Positions 24,157-37,479 of a stretch of DNA of 64,000 nt are shown here, in pieces (position 1 is the first letter of the stretch; each line of letters begins with the position of its first letter). Source of the DNA: Squalus acanthias (Eukaryota); the NCBI GenBank assembly GCA_030390025.1, contig JASTWF010000036.1, positions 1,860,001 through 1,924,000 on the forward strand, given 5' to 3'. Position numbers and translations under genes: made by a program. Below the pieces are notes generated by a model. The model was not told where the DNA came from, did no database searches, and saw only the letters and a program-made list of their open reading frames with translations.

Positions 24157-26869
24157 CTCACCTTAAGTCACGCACTGGCGGTAAAGAACATACTGAAGTA
24201 CAATACCAGGTGATCCATTCTATTGTAAGCTATATTTCAACGGTTGCCATGATGACAGTATCATAAACTATGTTCCTCTTCTCTTTCTCTAGGTGTGCCC
24301 TAGGAATCAGTGTTGGTGGCGAGCGGCCCAGACAAACCCAACACCTCAAAGCATCCAGTGTCACTCACTCCTCCCCTCACAATCAGCAGTTCAGGTGCAT
24401 TCACCCCGGGGGCTTCGATATTGAGGTAGGGGAGGGCGCACTGGCTGATACACAGAGCACAGCTGTGCAGAGACCGGTGGAGGAGGAGCAGGAACCTTGA
24501 GCTCAGGGTTCGGAACCTCACAGGTTTTGCTTTTAAAAGAAGGATGTGTTCTGAGCACAAAACTGTGCTGAAGTCATTGGAGACTGTACAATGCTAACAT
24601 TAATGGATGGATTCTCAGAACTGGCAACCACCATGAAATGTGTGGCATCTCCACGGACATCTGTAGCGGTGCCCACTGGCACAGGCCTCAATGGCAGTCG
24701 TTGGCATCGCTTGTGAATGCTCAGGCTCTTGCTATGGAGACCTTGGGCGCTCCTCCAGTTGCTTAAGGAGCAAACTGAGAGAACCCATGCTGGACTTTAC
24801 AGATCTCATGAGTGCCAACAACTGTGCTGCCATGCTGATCATTAGCCATGATGAGGCAGTGCCCAGTAGCAGAGGCATGGCTTGTGTTGGTACAGATGAA
24901 GATGTGGTCTCTCAGGATGACGGCGAATCACACCTTCAAGCCCACTCTACTCAACTGAGTGCACACATGGCAGAAAGCATGCAGGACCAAGCAATGCCCA
25001 CAGGTGCAGGCATGGGAGAACCAACGGGCCATTGTATGACCCAGCTGAAGGAGGTCATCTCACTCCCAAGAGGCTTCCACTGATGCACAGCACCCAGACG
25101 CCTCACAGATTCCTGCCATGAAGGGACCACCGAGAAGGAACATGAGGTTCGGGTCCAGAGCACACCTGCCATATAAGGGTAAATTCACTGCTCTCAGTGG
25201 GGAAGCCCTGCTCAAAGGGAGCACAGGTTGCAGATAGGGCTATAGAACTGCCATACTGATTCTCCATTCTAATAGGGGCTGGGAGAACAAGATTGGTGAA
25301 TTTACCCGATAGCTTAACCAAAGGGAAGCCCTGGATTGCTGAGGACCAGTCTCACACACATCAGTTTTAAGGAATTAAAATTCGGTTCACTAATGTTCAA
25401 CATTGTCCAGAGAGTGTTCTTGGTGTACTGTTTGATGATGCACCCTCCAGTGGCAGGAATGGAATCCTGAGCCGTTTATTTGCAGCCAAGGGCAATGTAG
25501 CTAAAGATGTTTTGGTGACAGCCTAGTAAAGATGGATAAAAGCCGATCAATAAGGTGGGTGGGTGGAGGACTTAGGAGAAGGTCTCATCAACGAGAGCCT
25601 GGCATACCATGCTAGCAGCCTGCAAGGGGCTTCAACAGTTGGAGTCTTCTGGCTCCTGCTCATCTTCATCATCTCCTTATTGGAGTTAGCTATCCTTCTC
25701 TTCTGGATGCTCCATAGTTACACCTCAACCCCGAGAATCTTGGAGCTTTTGGCTGGGCTGTATCGTAGAACACTCCCTGGTCGGTCAAGACATCTAAAGC
25801 ACTGCCTCAAGATATCAATGGTGTTTTTTGGTAACGATTCTGGTCGCTGCATGCACCTCATTGTATCTGTGCTTGGCACTTGTCTGTGACTATCATAGAG
25901 GGGTCATGAGACAGGGCTGATGAGGGCATCCTGTTCTCCCAGGAGCCAACTATGCAATCTTCTTTGTGGATCAAATACTAGGGGCACCGTGAATTGGCCT
26001 TAAAATAAAGGTATCTTGATTGCTGCCTGAGAAGCAAGCGTTGACCTGCATCGTTCTGTGCTGGTGGTCGCAGGCGGCAGTTCATGGCGGCATTGAGCTG
26101 TTATGTGCAGGAGCCCTTAGTGCCACATTGGCGCCATTAATGATGCCCTGCTCTTCAGGGAACCCTGCCTTTTGGAAAACGTGCAGGCTCTCTCGTGCTC
26201 TTGCTGGTTGTCCATAGAGCAAGTGATGTAATTGTTTGCTCTGACAAACAAGGCATCAGTCACCTACTTGATAGATTGGTGCTCTGCAGATTGGCTGATC
26301 TTGCTGATAGCCCCTTTGTACTGTGGAATGAGCCTGATATGTAAAAGTTACATTCTGCGGCCATCTTGACCAATGCTGTGCCAGTGCTGGAATTTGGCTG
26401 GAGGTCAGGTTCCAGCAGCTGGCACAACTCCGACACCGCCTCCCTTGTGCGTCACAGACGACAAACACAAAGTTCCTCGGCTGAATCCAGGTAAGTGCAA
26501 CTGTGCCTATAGACATGGTTTCCAGGGTAACGGTGAGTGTGGGCTGCCTGCCTCTGATGCTACCTCACCTGCGTGGCATCCTTCCTTTGCATCTCTTCTT
26601 CCTCAAAATAATGATGTTCCCATAGGAGTACCCATGGTGCCAATAGAAATTGCGCCAGCTGAAAATGCAAAGTGAGGCCAAAATAGTCAAACAAAAAGAT
26701 CCAAACGATATTACACCTCTGCAGCCTCCAAAGATCAAATTCAAAAATGGCAACTCCCCTTTAAATGGCGGGGGGTGGGGGGGTTGAACATTTCGCTCAT
26801 TCCCAGTGTGAATGCTGGGATTTGCACGTATACTCATTAAACCCATTTAAATATTATTATATTTTCAGG

Positions 26870-27392
26870 AAGTCATATTATAAAATGGATATAGAGGCAC
26901 TGGAGAGGGTGCAGAGAAGATTTACAAGAATGATACCAGAAATGCGAGGGTATACATATCAGGAAAGGATGAACAGGCTGGGTCTCTTTTCTCTTGAAAA
27001 AAGAAGGCTGAGGGGTGACCAAATAGAGGTCTTTAAAATCATGAAATGTTTTGATAGAGTGGATACAGAGAGAATGTTTCCACTTGTGGGGAAGAGCAGA
27101 ACTAGAGGCCATCAATATAAGATAGTCACCAAGAAATCCAATCTGAAGAAACTTCTTTATCCAGAGAGTGGTGAGAATGTGGAACTCGCTACCACAGGGA
27201 GTGGTTGAAGCGAATCGCACAGATGGATTTAAGGGGGAGCTAGATAAGCATATGAGGGAGAAGGGAATAGAGGGTTACGCTGATAGATTTAGATGAGGAA
27301 AGACGGGAGGAGGCTGGAGTGGAGCATAAACACCGGCATGGACTGGTTGGGCCGAATGGCCTGTTTCTGTGCCGTATATCCGGTGTAATCCT
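26870..27392 (+). mobile_element. CR1-clade LINE 3' fragment
   Basis: DIEALERVQRRFTRMIPEMRGYTYQERMNRLGLFSLEKRRLRGD. Confidence 0.9.
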
Positions 27393-27974
27393 ATCTAAGC
27401 TCTCCCCTCTTTTGGGCACGAGCTTCCTGCCCAACCAGGAGTTCTCCATTGGCACAAGATGGGCAGAGATTTGGCAAGTGCACTGTCCCAGAATTCTGAT
27501 CCTCATCCCCACTCTCACCAGTGATGGCGGACACAATCAGAAAATTGGGGCTTCTGTCTCTGCCTGTACAGTTCGGAGACACCTTCTCCTCCTGTCACAG
27601 AGCCTGTCTGTCTCTTAGCCTCACTCTGTCTGCCTCTTTGTGTAAGTCTGCCCTTCCAGACATCTATCTCCCCCTCTTCTATATCTGTTTCACTCGCTGC
27701 GAATGTTACACAATTTGTGTTTCTGTATATTTGTCTTTTAATTTGTCTCTCTCTTTCTCTTTGGTTCTGTGTTTGCCTCTCACACACTTCATTTTTTTCT
27801 GTCTCTTTGTATACTCTTTACCCTTTGAATTTGCTGTGCTTCTTTTTACTTTCTGCTCTTGGGCTAAAAAGGACTGTTGGCAAATATTAGTGGGCATGCT
27901 CTTAATTTGTTTCTATGGCATTCCTCTATCCACTATTTTAATTGAGGCACTAACCTGTCTATTTTAAATAAGTT

Positions 27975-29172
27975 ACGTAGAAAGTACAGCACAGAAACAG
28001 GCCATTCAGCCCAACTGGTCCGTGCCGGTGTTTCTGCTCCACACCAGCCTCCTCCCACCCCTCTTCATCTCACCCCATCACCATATCCTTCTATTCCCTT
28101 CTCCCTCGTGTGTTTATCCAGCTTCCCCCTTAAATGCATCTATGCTCTTCGCCTCAACCACTCCCTGTGGTAGCGAGTTCCACATTCGCACCACTCTCTG
28201 GGTAAAGAAGTTTCTCCTGAATTCCCTATTGGATTTATTAGTGACTATCTTATATTGATGGCCTCTAGTTATGGACTCCCCCACAAATGGAAACATCTTC
28301 TCTACATCAGCCCTATCGAACCCCTTCATAATCTTAAAGACCTCTATCAGGTCACCCCTCAGTCTTCTCTTTTCTAGAGAAAGGAGCCCCAGCCTGTGCA
28401 GTGTACCCTCTCAGTTCTGGTATCATCCTTGTAAATCTTTTTTGCACCTTCTCCAATGCTTCTATATCTTTTTTATAATATGGAGACCAGAACTGTGCAC
28501 AGTACTCCAAGGGGGAAAAATTCGGTTGCTTTGCACCTCCCGTTAGCGAAGCAACTAGCGCCCGGGCACGGCGCCGCTAACGCCTCCCGCAAAATTCAGC
28601 GGGAGGTTAGCTGCGCCTCCACTGATGACGTCATCGCCGTGCGCAGTGCCCCGCTCGCGCCCCTGTCGCAAACTTGGCTTGCGCCCCCTGACCTACCGCC
28701 GGATGCTATGTCCGACCGGGTCAGGGTGGTGTTTTTGCAGCCGGGGCGGCGATAATTAAAGGGCAGGTGCCGGGCGGCCATTTTCTTTTGGGCCGCCTGC
28801 CAGCACCTGCCCCCTCTGGCCTCCTCCTGGTGGGTGCCGGCCGCGATCGGTCAGCCTGGCACTCCTCTTGAGTGCTGGGCTCTTTTGCCGGCACCCCGCT
28901 CCTCGGTGGTCCAGCAGGGCCCCAGTGCACGCTGCGCTAGGCCCCTCCCCTTTAATCAGGGGAGGGAGGCCTGCAGTACCGCAGCGCTGCTGCACCTAGT
29001 GCCATGATATTCAATGGGAGCGCCCCAGGAAGGAGGGGCAGCGCTTCCAGTAGCACCTCGGTGAAGTTATCACCCAAAAGGGGGCGCGAGCCAATTTTCA
29101 CCCCCAAGTGTGGTCTAACCAAGGTTCAATACAAGTTTAACGTAACTTCCCTGATTTTCAATTCTATTCCTC
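27975..29172 (-). mobile_element. CR1-clade LINE 3' fragment split by a MITE
   Basis: Minus ORF 28114-28329 TRGHQYKIVTNKSNREFRRNFFTQRVVRMWNSLP. The sequence resumes (CTCCAA|GTGTGGTCTAACC) after the 28511-29104 insertion. Confidence 0.88.
28511..29104. mobile_element. GC-rich non-autonomous PIF/Harbinger-like MITE
   Basis: Imperfect TIRs GGGGGAAAAATTCGG / GGGGTGAAAATTGG with 3-bp TSD CAA; it cleanly interrupts a CR1. Confidence 0.8.
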
Positions 29173-29812
29173 AAGAAGTTATAGCCATCCTCAGCCATGA
29201 TCTCATTGAATGGCAGGACAGGCTCGAGGGGTTGAATGGCCTACTGCTGTTCCTATGTTAAAATAGAGGACAGAGCAGTAGCCCCGTTAAGTATTTCCCA
29301 GCCAATGTTGACCACAGTAATTTCTGGCCTCTTATCTTTTGTTTTGCATCTTTTACCTTTTGAAGTTGTGATGCTGATTTTCCTCCTTGAGAGTCCAGTC
29401 AGAACCATTGGAGATGGTCAGACGTGTGCGGAAGCAGCACTGAGCATGCGCGGAGGCCCGGAAAAGATCGCGCGTGTGTGCCGCATGGGGGCAGCGAAAA
29501 GTAGTGCTGAGGGGCACGGAGGCATGATGGGAAAATCAGACAAAGAGCCCGGATGGAGCAGGCTCGATGGGTTAAATGGCCTTTTCTCACTCCTGACTTG
29601 GCGTTAGGTGGTGGGCTTGAGTGGAGCTGGAGACTGCGAGTGCGTATCTGTCTAGTCTTGCGAGTTTAGAGCGATTTTTCCTTTGAAGATTTCTTCAAAG
29701 ACGTTTTCAGAATAAAAAGTAATTCCAATCATTAGAATTTCAGTGAAATCATTGATGTACATGGCCTCATTAGCAGGCATTTATTAATGTTTGTAAGTCT
29801 CCTGACTGCTAA

Positions 29813-29920
<108 letters not shown>

Positions 29921-30821
29921 TGAGGCCAGTGAAAAAGTTGATGTTGGGTTGTTTGTGGTGGATTTTTTCTAACTGTGACTGACAACATTTCTGGTGAACA
30001 AAGCAAGCTCCCCTTAAAATAAGAGAGCAAAGAAGCTGTGTTAAAATGTGACAGTGGTTGAACTCAGTTGAGGAGTTCTTTCCTTACTGGCTATTTGTGG
30101 ACTGCCAATGACTCCTCTTGTTCTGAGGACATCCAGGTTTGCCTTTGCTGAAACGCTAGGAATATCACTTCAACTTCAGCTGCGACATGTCAATGCATTG
30201 CCAACAGAATCCTACCCAGTAGTAAGTAGATATAAAAAGAAACGGTGCAAAGGCTGCACGTGGGAAAGAGAAACAGGAAAGTGCTCGAAACACTCAGCAG
30301 ATTCTGTCAAGAGAAAAGACAGGTTAATGCTTCAGTAGGAGACAGTTGGGGATCCGATAAAAATTTCTATCCTAAACATGAGCCCATCTTCCTCTTTCAA
30401 CTGCTGATCGACCTGCCAGCATTTTATGTTTTTATCTCAAAGCCTAATTAATTTGATTGACATTTCAGCCAATAAAATTTAGCTTTGCTGCTTCATGCTT
30501 CGACCTCCAATGACATACCAGATAGTGGGGTGGTGGCGGGGAGGGGGGGAGGCAAATCATTATTTTCAGGCCTTGTTAAATTCAGTCAGAACGCCATATA
30601 AATTGGCTCTAACTGCAATGAGGATGCCAATTGAAGGAGTCTCCGTTCAAAAGTTGATGTTCTGCAATGGAGAGCTTGGGTACCAGTTAAAATGGGAAAG
30701 ACATCGGTCAAATTCAGCAGTGAGCTGCTTGGCTGATTCCATCTCTGAGCTCTATCACCGAATGGCTCAACATGGCCTGCCTATCCCAGCCAGAAATGAA
30801 TTTTCAAATCTCTGATGTCCT

Positions 30822-31172
30822 TAGGGTTGCCAACTCTGGTTGGATATAATCCTGCAGGTGTCATCACGTGACCCTCCCGCCTCCAACTGCCCCGCCCCCA
30901 CGCTCCCACCATTGGACGCCTGACACGTCCATCCTCGCGGCCAATTAGAAAGCAAATAAGCTCTTCGTTATCCGATTGGATGACGCGTGTCTGTCAGTCA
31001 AACCGCCTTTTTATCCCGCCTCCAATATTTTTATCATTAATAAACGAAAAAAATCACATCTGTTTTTTTTTATTGACCCTTTGATTTTTCTCCCAAGTGT
31101 TTCTCGTAATCCTGGAGATTGATCTTTAATTCCTGGAGTCTCCAGGACAATCCTGGAGGGTTGGCAACCTTA
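30822..31172. mobile_element. hAT-like MITE with TAGGGTTGCCAAC TIR
   Basis: Left TAGGGTTGCCAAC, right GTTGGCAACCTTA (one mismatch). No clear TSD. Confidence 0.7.
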
Positions 31173-31689
31173 AGCCAGACGCACTGGATTGGCTGGGTTC
31201 AGAGGTTATTGGAAAATCGGGCAGTTTCCTTTACAGGCGCGCGCTCCGGCCCACCTGAGTTCCCCGTATTCACCTTGCCCACACCCCCAGAAAAGGCAGT
31301 GTGTGCGTTTGAGGGTCAACCAAAGAAACTCTCCCCCGGAATGTGTTGCAAAAACGCATTGCAAAATAAAAATATATAGCTTCAGTTTTCTACACTAAGC
31401 TTTCGAGCTTTGAAATGATATTGTGCGGTGATTAGAATACAAATGCAATCCTATGCAATTCCCTCGCTTTTCTGACGTTGGTGCTAACCAGCTTATCCTA
31501 AATAGGTTAAATCTGCCTTTAAAATGGCCAAGAAAGGAACTGTAGTTCACGCGCTAACATTGGCACAGTGGAATTTCAAGCTGGAGTTGCCTTTCTAATC
31601 CTGCAAATTAAGTATACTGGTGACGTAACAGTGACTAGACTGAGTGACTTGACCTGCAAATACTCTCTGCAAACAGTTTTCATAGCCTA

Positions 31690-32012
31690 TGTCTGAGGCT
31701 GAACCAGACTGTTCGCAACCTTGGTGTCGTATTTGACCCTGAGATGAGCTTCTGACCACACATCCGCTCCATCACTCAGACCGCCTATTTCCACCTCCGT
31801 AACATCGCCCGACTCCGCCCCTGCCTCAGCTCATCCGCTGCTGAAACCCTCATCCATACCTTTGTTACCTCCAGACTTGACTATTCCAATGCACTCCTGG
31901 CTGGCCTCCCACATTCCACCCTACGTAAACTTGAGGTCATCCAAAACTCTGCTGCCCGTGTCCTAACTCGCACCAGGTCCCGTTCGCCCATCTCCCCTGT
32001 GCTCGCTAACAA
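31690..32012 (+). mobile_element. L2-clade LINE internal fragment
   Basis: [66 protein letters not shown]; same family as 20340 and 62900. Confidence 0.85.
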
Positions 32013-33114
32013 CGCTGCTGGGCCAGTACAGAGCTGTGCCTCAGCGGGATATTGCTGTACTGTTGAATTGGTTTGCCCAATGCTGCCGCGTGCAATTAGC
32101 CCGATGCGCTCAAGGGGCAGAGAACTCCGTGTTCGTTCGGCTCCCCAGGCGTTACCGTGCGCACTTTATTGCGTGGGCACAAATGGGCACGAGCGCCACT
32201 GCGCCGTTGCCCGGCAATGCACCACAATGATAGCTCACCAGCCCCCGCTAGCCGCCCCACCCTCCCGGTGCCATTCTTGACCACCGTGTAGCTTGCTTGC
32301 TCCATCTCCCGGTTTTTCGGAAGCGTGCTGCGCACTGGGCTTTCCAAAGACCATGGCGTGCAACTCTCTGTCGGGTTCAACTCAAATTTGCCAGCCGCGA
32401 CGGAACAAGAAATCGGAGTCCTGCTGCTCCCTCACTTGTTAATTTGGCTTCATGTTTTCTGTTGAGAAATTCGTGGAACCTTCAATTTTTTTTGCAGGAC
32501 AGAAAGGCTGCAGTGGGCAGTCTTGTTTTTGTCCCTCTGGCCCTCGCTGCTTCTCCCCACCCACCCACTCCTTGTTGCGTTAGCACGCCGCAGAAACACT
32601 CGCGGCCAAAAGGGCCTCCTTGGTTACGCGCTATGTTACGTGTTGTCAGATGTTGTCTTGAATGTTGTACTGACTTGTTTTTCTTGTTCCTCATCGTAAG
32701 GTCAGGCTGGACTTGGAGCTTTCACAAGGTACCAGTGCCGCCAGAGCACCTGTGCTGGAGTGTGGCCCCCTCCACCCCCCCGAGCTCCCCTCCGTTTAGG
32801 CAGACGCGGGGGATCCCACGTGGCTGAGCGGTGCCACGTGAAGCTGAAGCTGCTCATGCAGCACGGCCTTTACACACGACAACTGGCGGCGGGGAGAGGG
32901 TGGGGTGGGGGTGGGCGAAGGGGGCAGCTAACGTCAGGTGGCCTGTCGCTTCTCTGAAGAGACACACGCCATGCTGGCCAAGTGCCCCGGCACTGGTCTG
33001 CAAATGTGTCAGCCGTGCCGCTGCCAGGCTCGCAGAAGATGCTGCTGGGTGCAAGGGTCCTGTGGGTGAGGACTGACCATCCAAGGGTTAGCCAGTGACA
33101 CTGACATTGGGGGT

Positions 33115-33338
33115 CGTAAATCTGTGGAATTCTCTGCCCCAGAGAGCTGTGGAGGCTGGGTCGTTGAATATATTTAAGGTGGAGATAGACAGATTTTTGA
33201 ACAATAAGGGTTATGGGGAGCAGGCAGGGAAATGGAGCTGAGCCCAAGACCAGATCAGCCATGATCTCATTAAATGGCAGAGCAGGCTCGAGGGGCCAAA
33301 TGGCCTACTCTTGCTCCTATTTCTTATGTTCTTATGTA
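33115..33338 (+). mobile_element. CR1 3' fragment
   Basis: TGGAATTCTCTGCCCCAGAGAGCTGTGGAGG...TTCTTATGTTCTTATG. Confidence 0.85.
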
Positions 33339-34119
33339 CTGATGAAGGTACACTGGAGATTTCCAACTCTGATCCATAAGTGAGGACAACACCCAGGCTC
33401 TAGTGCACAACACACAGAAACCAGTGGGAGATGGCCAGCACAGGTAATTTACGTGGTGGTTAGCGGTGCTTTTGGTGCATGATGTTGGTTGTTGTGGTGG
33501 CACGATCCCTCACGTATTGAACTCTGTTCCATGCCTGTAGGTCTTGCCAACTTGTCTCCCGCTGGCAAAGGAGCCTGGAAAAGCCGCCCCTTGCAATGTA
33601 CGGTGGCACGGTTCATCCTGATGCCTGCCTGTGAAAGCGGGACTGCCGAGTTCAACACAACCACACGCAATAAAGAATGGCAGCGGGACGCGCGCTGCGG
33701 AACGCAGGAGAGGTGCCACGAGGGACTGCGGTTGTGCTGCATGCATGAGCAGAGAGAGTTGGACCAGCGCATGGAGAGCGAAGATCTGGCCGCAGTCAGG
33801 AGGTGGCCATGAGCCCAGTGGTAGCCAAAGAAAGGAAATTAAAATAGAAGGATTTGTGGTCATTTCATGTGCACACACTGCACATTAAGCTTACTGTCCC
33901 ATGTAAGGAAGTGACGGACAATGCACAAGCAACAGTAAACCGTGCTTCTACTCTACAGGAGCACTGCTATCCAATAGGATATTGCTCTGGCGGCCTACAC
34001 TGTGACACGTGCTGTGGTGGTTCGGCGCGCAAAGTTGCATGCTGGGTAGTCAACACAGCTCACACATAGAGCTCCACAGCGGCTACTTGTTGACAGCGGA
34101 GCGCATGCGTGTTCCTTTC

Positions 34120-34591
34120 AGAAGAAAGAAAGACTTGCATTTGTATAGCGCCTTTTACGACCACCGGACGTCTCAAAGCGCTTTGCAGCCAATGAAGTAC
34201 TTTTGAAGTGTGGTCACTGTTGTAATGTGGGAAACACGGCAGCCTATCTGCACACAGCAAGCTCCCACAAACAGCAATGTGAGAATGACCAGATAATCTG
34301 TTTTTGTTATGTTGGTTGAGGGAGAAATATTAGCCCCAGGACACCGGGGATAACTCCCCTACTCTTCTTCGAAATAGTGCCATGGGATCTTTTACATCCA
34401 CCTGAGAGAGCAGACGGGGCCTCGGTTTAACGTCTCATCTGAAAGACGGCACCTCCGACAGTGCAGCACTCCCTCAGCACTGCACTGAAGTGTCAGCCTG
34501 GCTTTATGTGCTCAAGTCTCTGGAGTGGGACTTGAACCCACAACCTTCTGACTCAGAGGCAAGTGTGCTACCCACTGAGCCACAGCTGACA
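34120..34591 (-). mobile_element. tRNA-head Deu-like SINE, full length
   Basis: Colinear with the 2785-3280 and 23574-24156 copies. Confidence 0.85.
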
Positions 34592-35369
34592 GAAGTGCGG
34601 CACCCTCCCATTTGGCATCATGTCAAGGTTGTGCACGCCGCAGGTGAACTGTTAAATGACGGTGGTGGCTCTGGCTGCTGGATGAGATCATGTTGGCTCG
34701 AAGCGCTGCGCTGCACACCCAGCGGGCACCGATACCATTCCACGCCATGCCTCGGGCAATCATTAGTGCCCTCCGACTACCTGTAAGTAATCATCCAATC
34801 CCGCGGTCACACCTACCTACCGGTCCTCCCGCCTATTAACTTGATGTGGCCCTGTTATCAATGTCTGTCGGCAACCATGTGTTACACAAACAAAGGGGCA
34901 CCATCCTTGACAGGGAACAGGGCGTGGGCTGCACAAGGCATGTCCCTCTCCTCGATGCCAAGCAGACCAGTCACAGTTCTTCCTGATTAGGATGTTGACG
35001 TAAGAAAACTACTAGGCACTTGGTCTAAGCATTGAACAAAGCTTTAATCAACTGTTTTTCAACATGGAGATCTAGTTATGTCCTTCACTGGTTCCTGTTG
35101 AGGAATGTCCTAAGCAAGCTGGGCCCATGCCCGAGTATTTATACGCTCCCGGACAGCGCCACCAGCAGGCCGCCCAGTATTACTTCATACATGAATGACA
35201 AGATTCATGTCAGATGTCATGTTACTTATTCATAAAAATGAGTCACTGCAGGTACCTGGCACATGTGCTGCTATGCATTTTATGACGTCAAGACTGCCGC
35301 CACCCAGCAGTGGTTTAAAGAAAGAGTTATACGTGCCACTTGAAAAGTGTGACGCTGAAATAAATAAAG

Positions 35370-37168
35370 CAAACGATTGCAATACAGCAGCTGCAAGAGG
35401 AAATGCAACAACAAGGTGCAATGCCGCTGTAAGGTACAGTACAGCGCCAGCAAGGGCCAATGCAGTAGCATCAAGATGTAATGCAACAGCAAGGTGCAAC
35501 GCTGGAGCAATAAGGTACAGTACAATAACGGGAAGGTGTAATGCAGCCACAGCATGCCATGCAGCAGCAGCACGGTGCAATGCAAAAGCAAAGAATTGCA
35601 ATGCAGCAGCAACCAGGTAAAATGCCGCAGCTGCTTGGTGCAATGCAGCAGTGACATACATGGTGCATTACAGAAGCAACAACGTATGATGCAATAGCAA
35701 TAAGGTGCAATCAGTGGCAGCAAAGTGTAAATGCAGCCCAAACAGGGTGAAATGCAGTGTCAACAAGCTACAGTGTAGCAGCAAGAAGGCGCAATGCAAC
35801 AGGAACAAGGTACAACACAGCAGCAACAAGGCACAATGAATCAACAAAATGTAATACAGTAACCAGGAGTAAAATAGCAGCAGATGGTGCAATACAGTTG
35901 CACCAACAGGGTGCAATACAGCAGCAGAAAGGTACAATGCAGTGATAAGGCACATCGTTGCAGCAGCAAGGAACAATGCAGCAGCAGTGAGGTGCAATGC
36001 CGCAGCAAGGTGCAATGCAGCAGCCAGGTACAATGCAGCAGCAGCAAGGTGCAATGCAGCATCAGCAAGCTGCAATGCAACAGCAGTAACAAGATACAAA
36101 ACAGTAACAGCAAAGAACAATGCAACAGCAACAACATATAATGCATTAAGGACAAGGTGCAGCATAGGAGCAATACAGCAGTGCAAGGTAGATTACAGTA
36201 ACAGTAATAAGGTGCAATACAGCAGCACTAAGTGCAATGCAACAGCAATAGAGGGCATTGCAGCAGAAAGGGTGCAATACAGCAGCAAAATATTGTACAA
36301 AAGCAGCAAGGTACAGGGCCACAGCAACAGGCTGTGATGTACAGTACAGTAGCAACATAGTACCATGCAATCAAGTAAATACAACAGCAAATACAATGCA
36401 AAACCGCAGCAAGATGCAAAACCGCAGCAGTAAGCTACAATGTACAATACAGCTGCAGCAGTGTTGCAGCAGCAAGTTGCAATATAGTAACAAGGTGCAA
36501 TGCGGCAGCAAGGTTCAGTGCAACAGTAATGAGCTACTGTGCAACACCAGCAAGGTGCAATGCAGCAGCAAGTTGCAACACAATAACCGGGTACAATGCA
36601 GCAGAAAATGCAACACCGTGGCAACAAGGTGCAATGCAGTTGCAGCAAGATGCAATACAGTAACACGGTGCAATGCAGAAGTAGCAAAGTACATGGCTGT
36701 AGCAGCAAAATGCAATATAATAACAAAGTACAATGCAACAATCGCAAGACACTTGGCTGCAGAACCACAGTGCAATACAGCAGCAAAGTACAATGCAATA
36801 CAGCAGCAAGTATAATAGAGCCACTGTGAGCTGCAATACAGCAGTAACAATTGCAATACAGCAGCAGCAAACTGTGGTGTGCAATACAGCAGCACAGTGC
36901 AATACTACTGCGCCAAGGTACGATGCAGCAGTAACAAGGTGCAACAGGGGGAAAAAGGTCCAATGCAACTGCAGCAAAGTACAGTGCAGCAGCAAGAAGC
37001 AATGCACTAACAACATGATGCAATGCAACAGTAGCAAGGCACATGACTGCAGCAGCAAGGTGCAAATACAACAGTAAATTTCAACAGAGCCACTGTGAAC
37101 TGCAATGCAGCAGCTGCAATGTACAATATGGCAGCTCAGCATACAACACAGCAGCAGCAAGCTACAAT
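35370..37168. repeat. Degenerate minisatellite, unit about GCAATGCAGCAGCAAGGT
   Basis: About 1.8 kb of imperfect TGCAAT/GCAGCA/CAAGG motifs. It generates the low-complexity RCNAAA / VQCSS ORFs. Confidence 0.85.
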
Positions 37169-37479
37169 ACCCAGGACAGATTTGGCCAACCTTTCAAAAC
37201 TCAAGAGTGAGAAATAGAAATTGCATACTAGCAATACGCTACAAGTTTTAATAGTTTAATAGAATGCTCACTAAAAGTCTCATTGGAACTGCAAGTACAC
37301 AAGCAAGACATGCTGAAAGCTAGCCCATCAGTGTGACTTCTGACATGCTATGGTTCCAACTATTTGCTTGAAAGCTGGATTCATTCCCTCTCTCTCATTC
37401 TCTCTCTTTCTCCACCGCCACTCTCTGTTTCACCCTGCTCTCCACACATTTCGAAGGGCATCCTCAGAGTCTGGAGAGA

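Larger units (their letters stand above)
22620..26810. mobile_element. Decayed autonomous PIF/Harbinger transposon: Myb/SANT-like gene (+) convergent with transposase (-)
   Basis: + ORF 22857-23030 AWEEMVLHLTAEPNAQRTWQHARKKFRDF is Myb/SANT-like. Minus strand about 25700-26500 has frameshifted HARBI1-like pieces: ELCQLLEPDLQP, FYISGSF, VTDAL, GFPEEQGII, CDHQ..MQVNA, WLLG, LMTPL, YNEVHAATR, FRCLDR. Ends are approximate. Confidence 0.8.

Noticed and set aside
33096..33115. GACATTGGGGGTC resembling the next ASIC exon (DIGG)
   Set aside because: Wrong order relative to exons D and E, no continuation to QMGLFIG, and it runs into a CR1 fragment.
35195..37160. Ala/Cys/Leu-rich ORFs resembling antifreeze or membrane proteins
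   Set aside because: Degenerate minisatellite; short ORFs in all frames with no splice or domain support.
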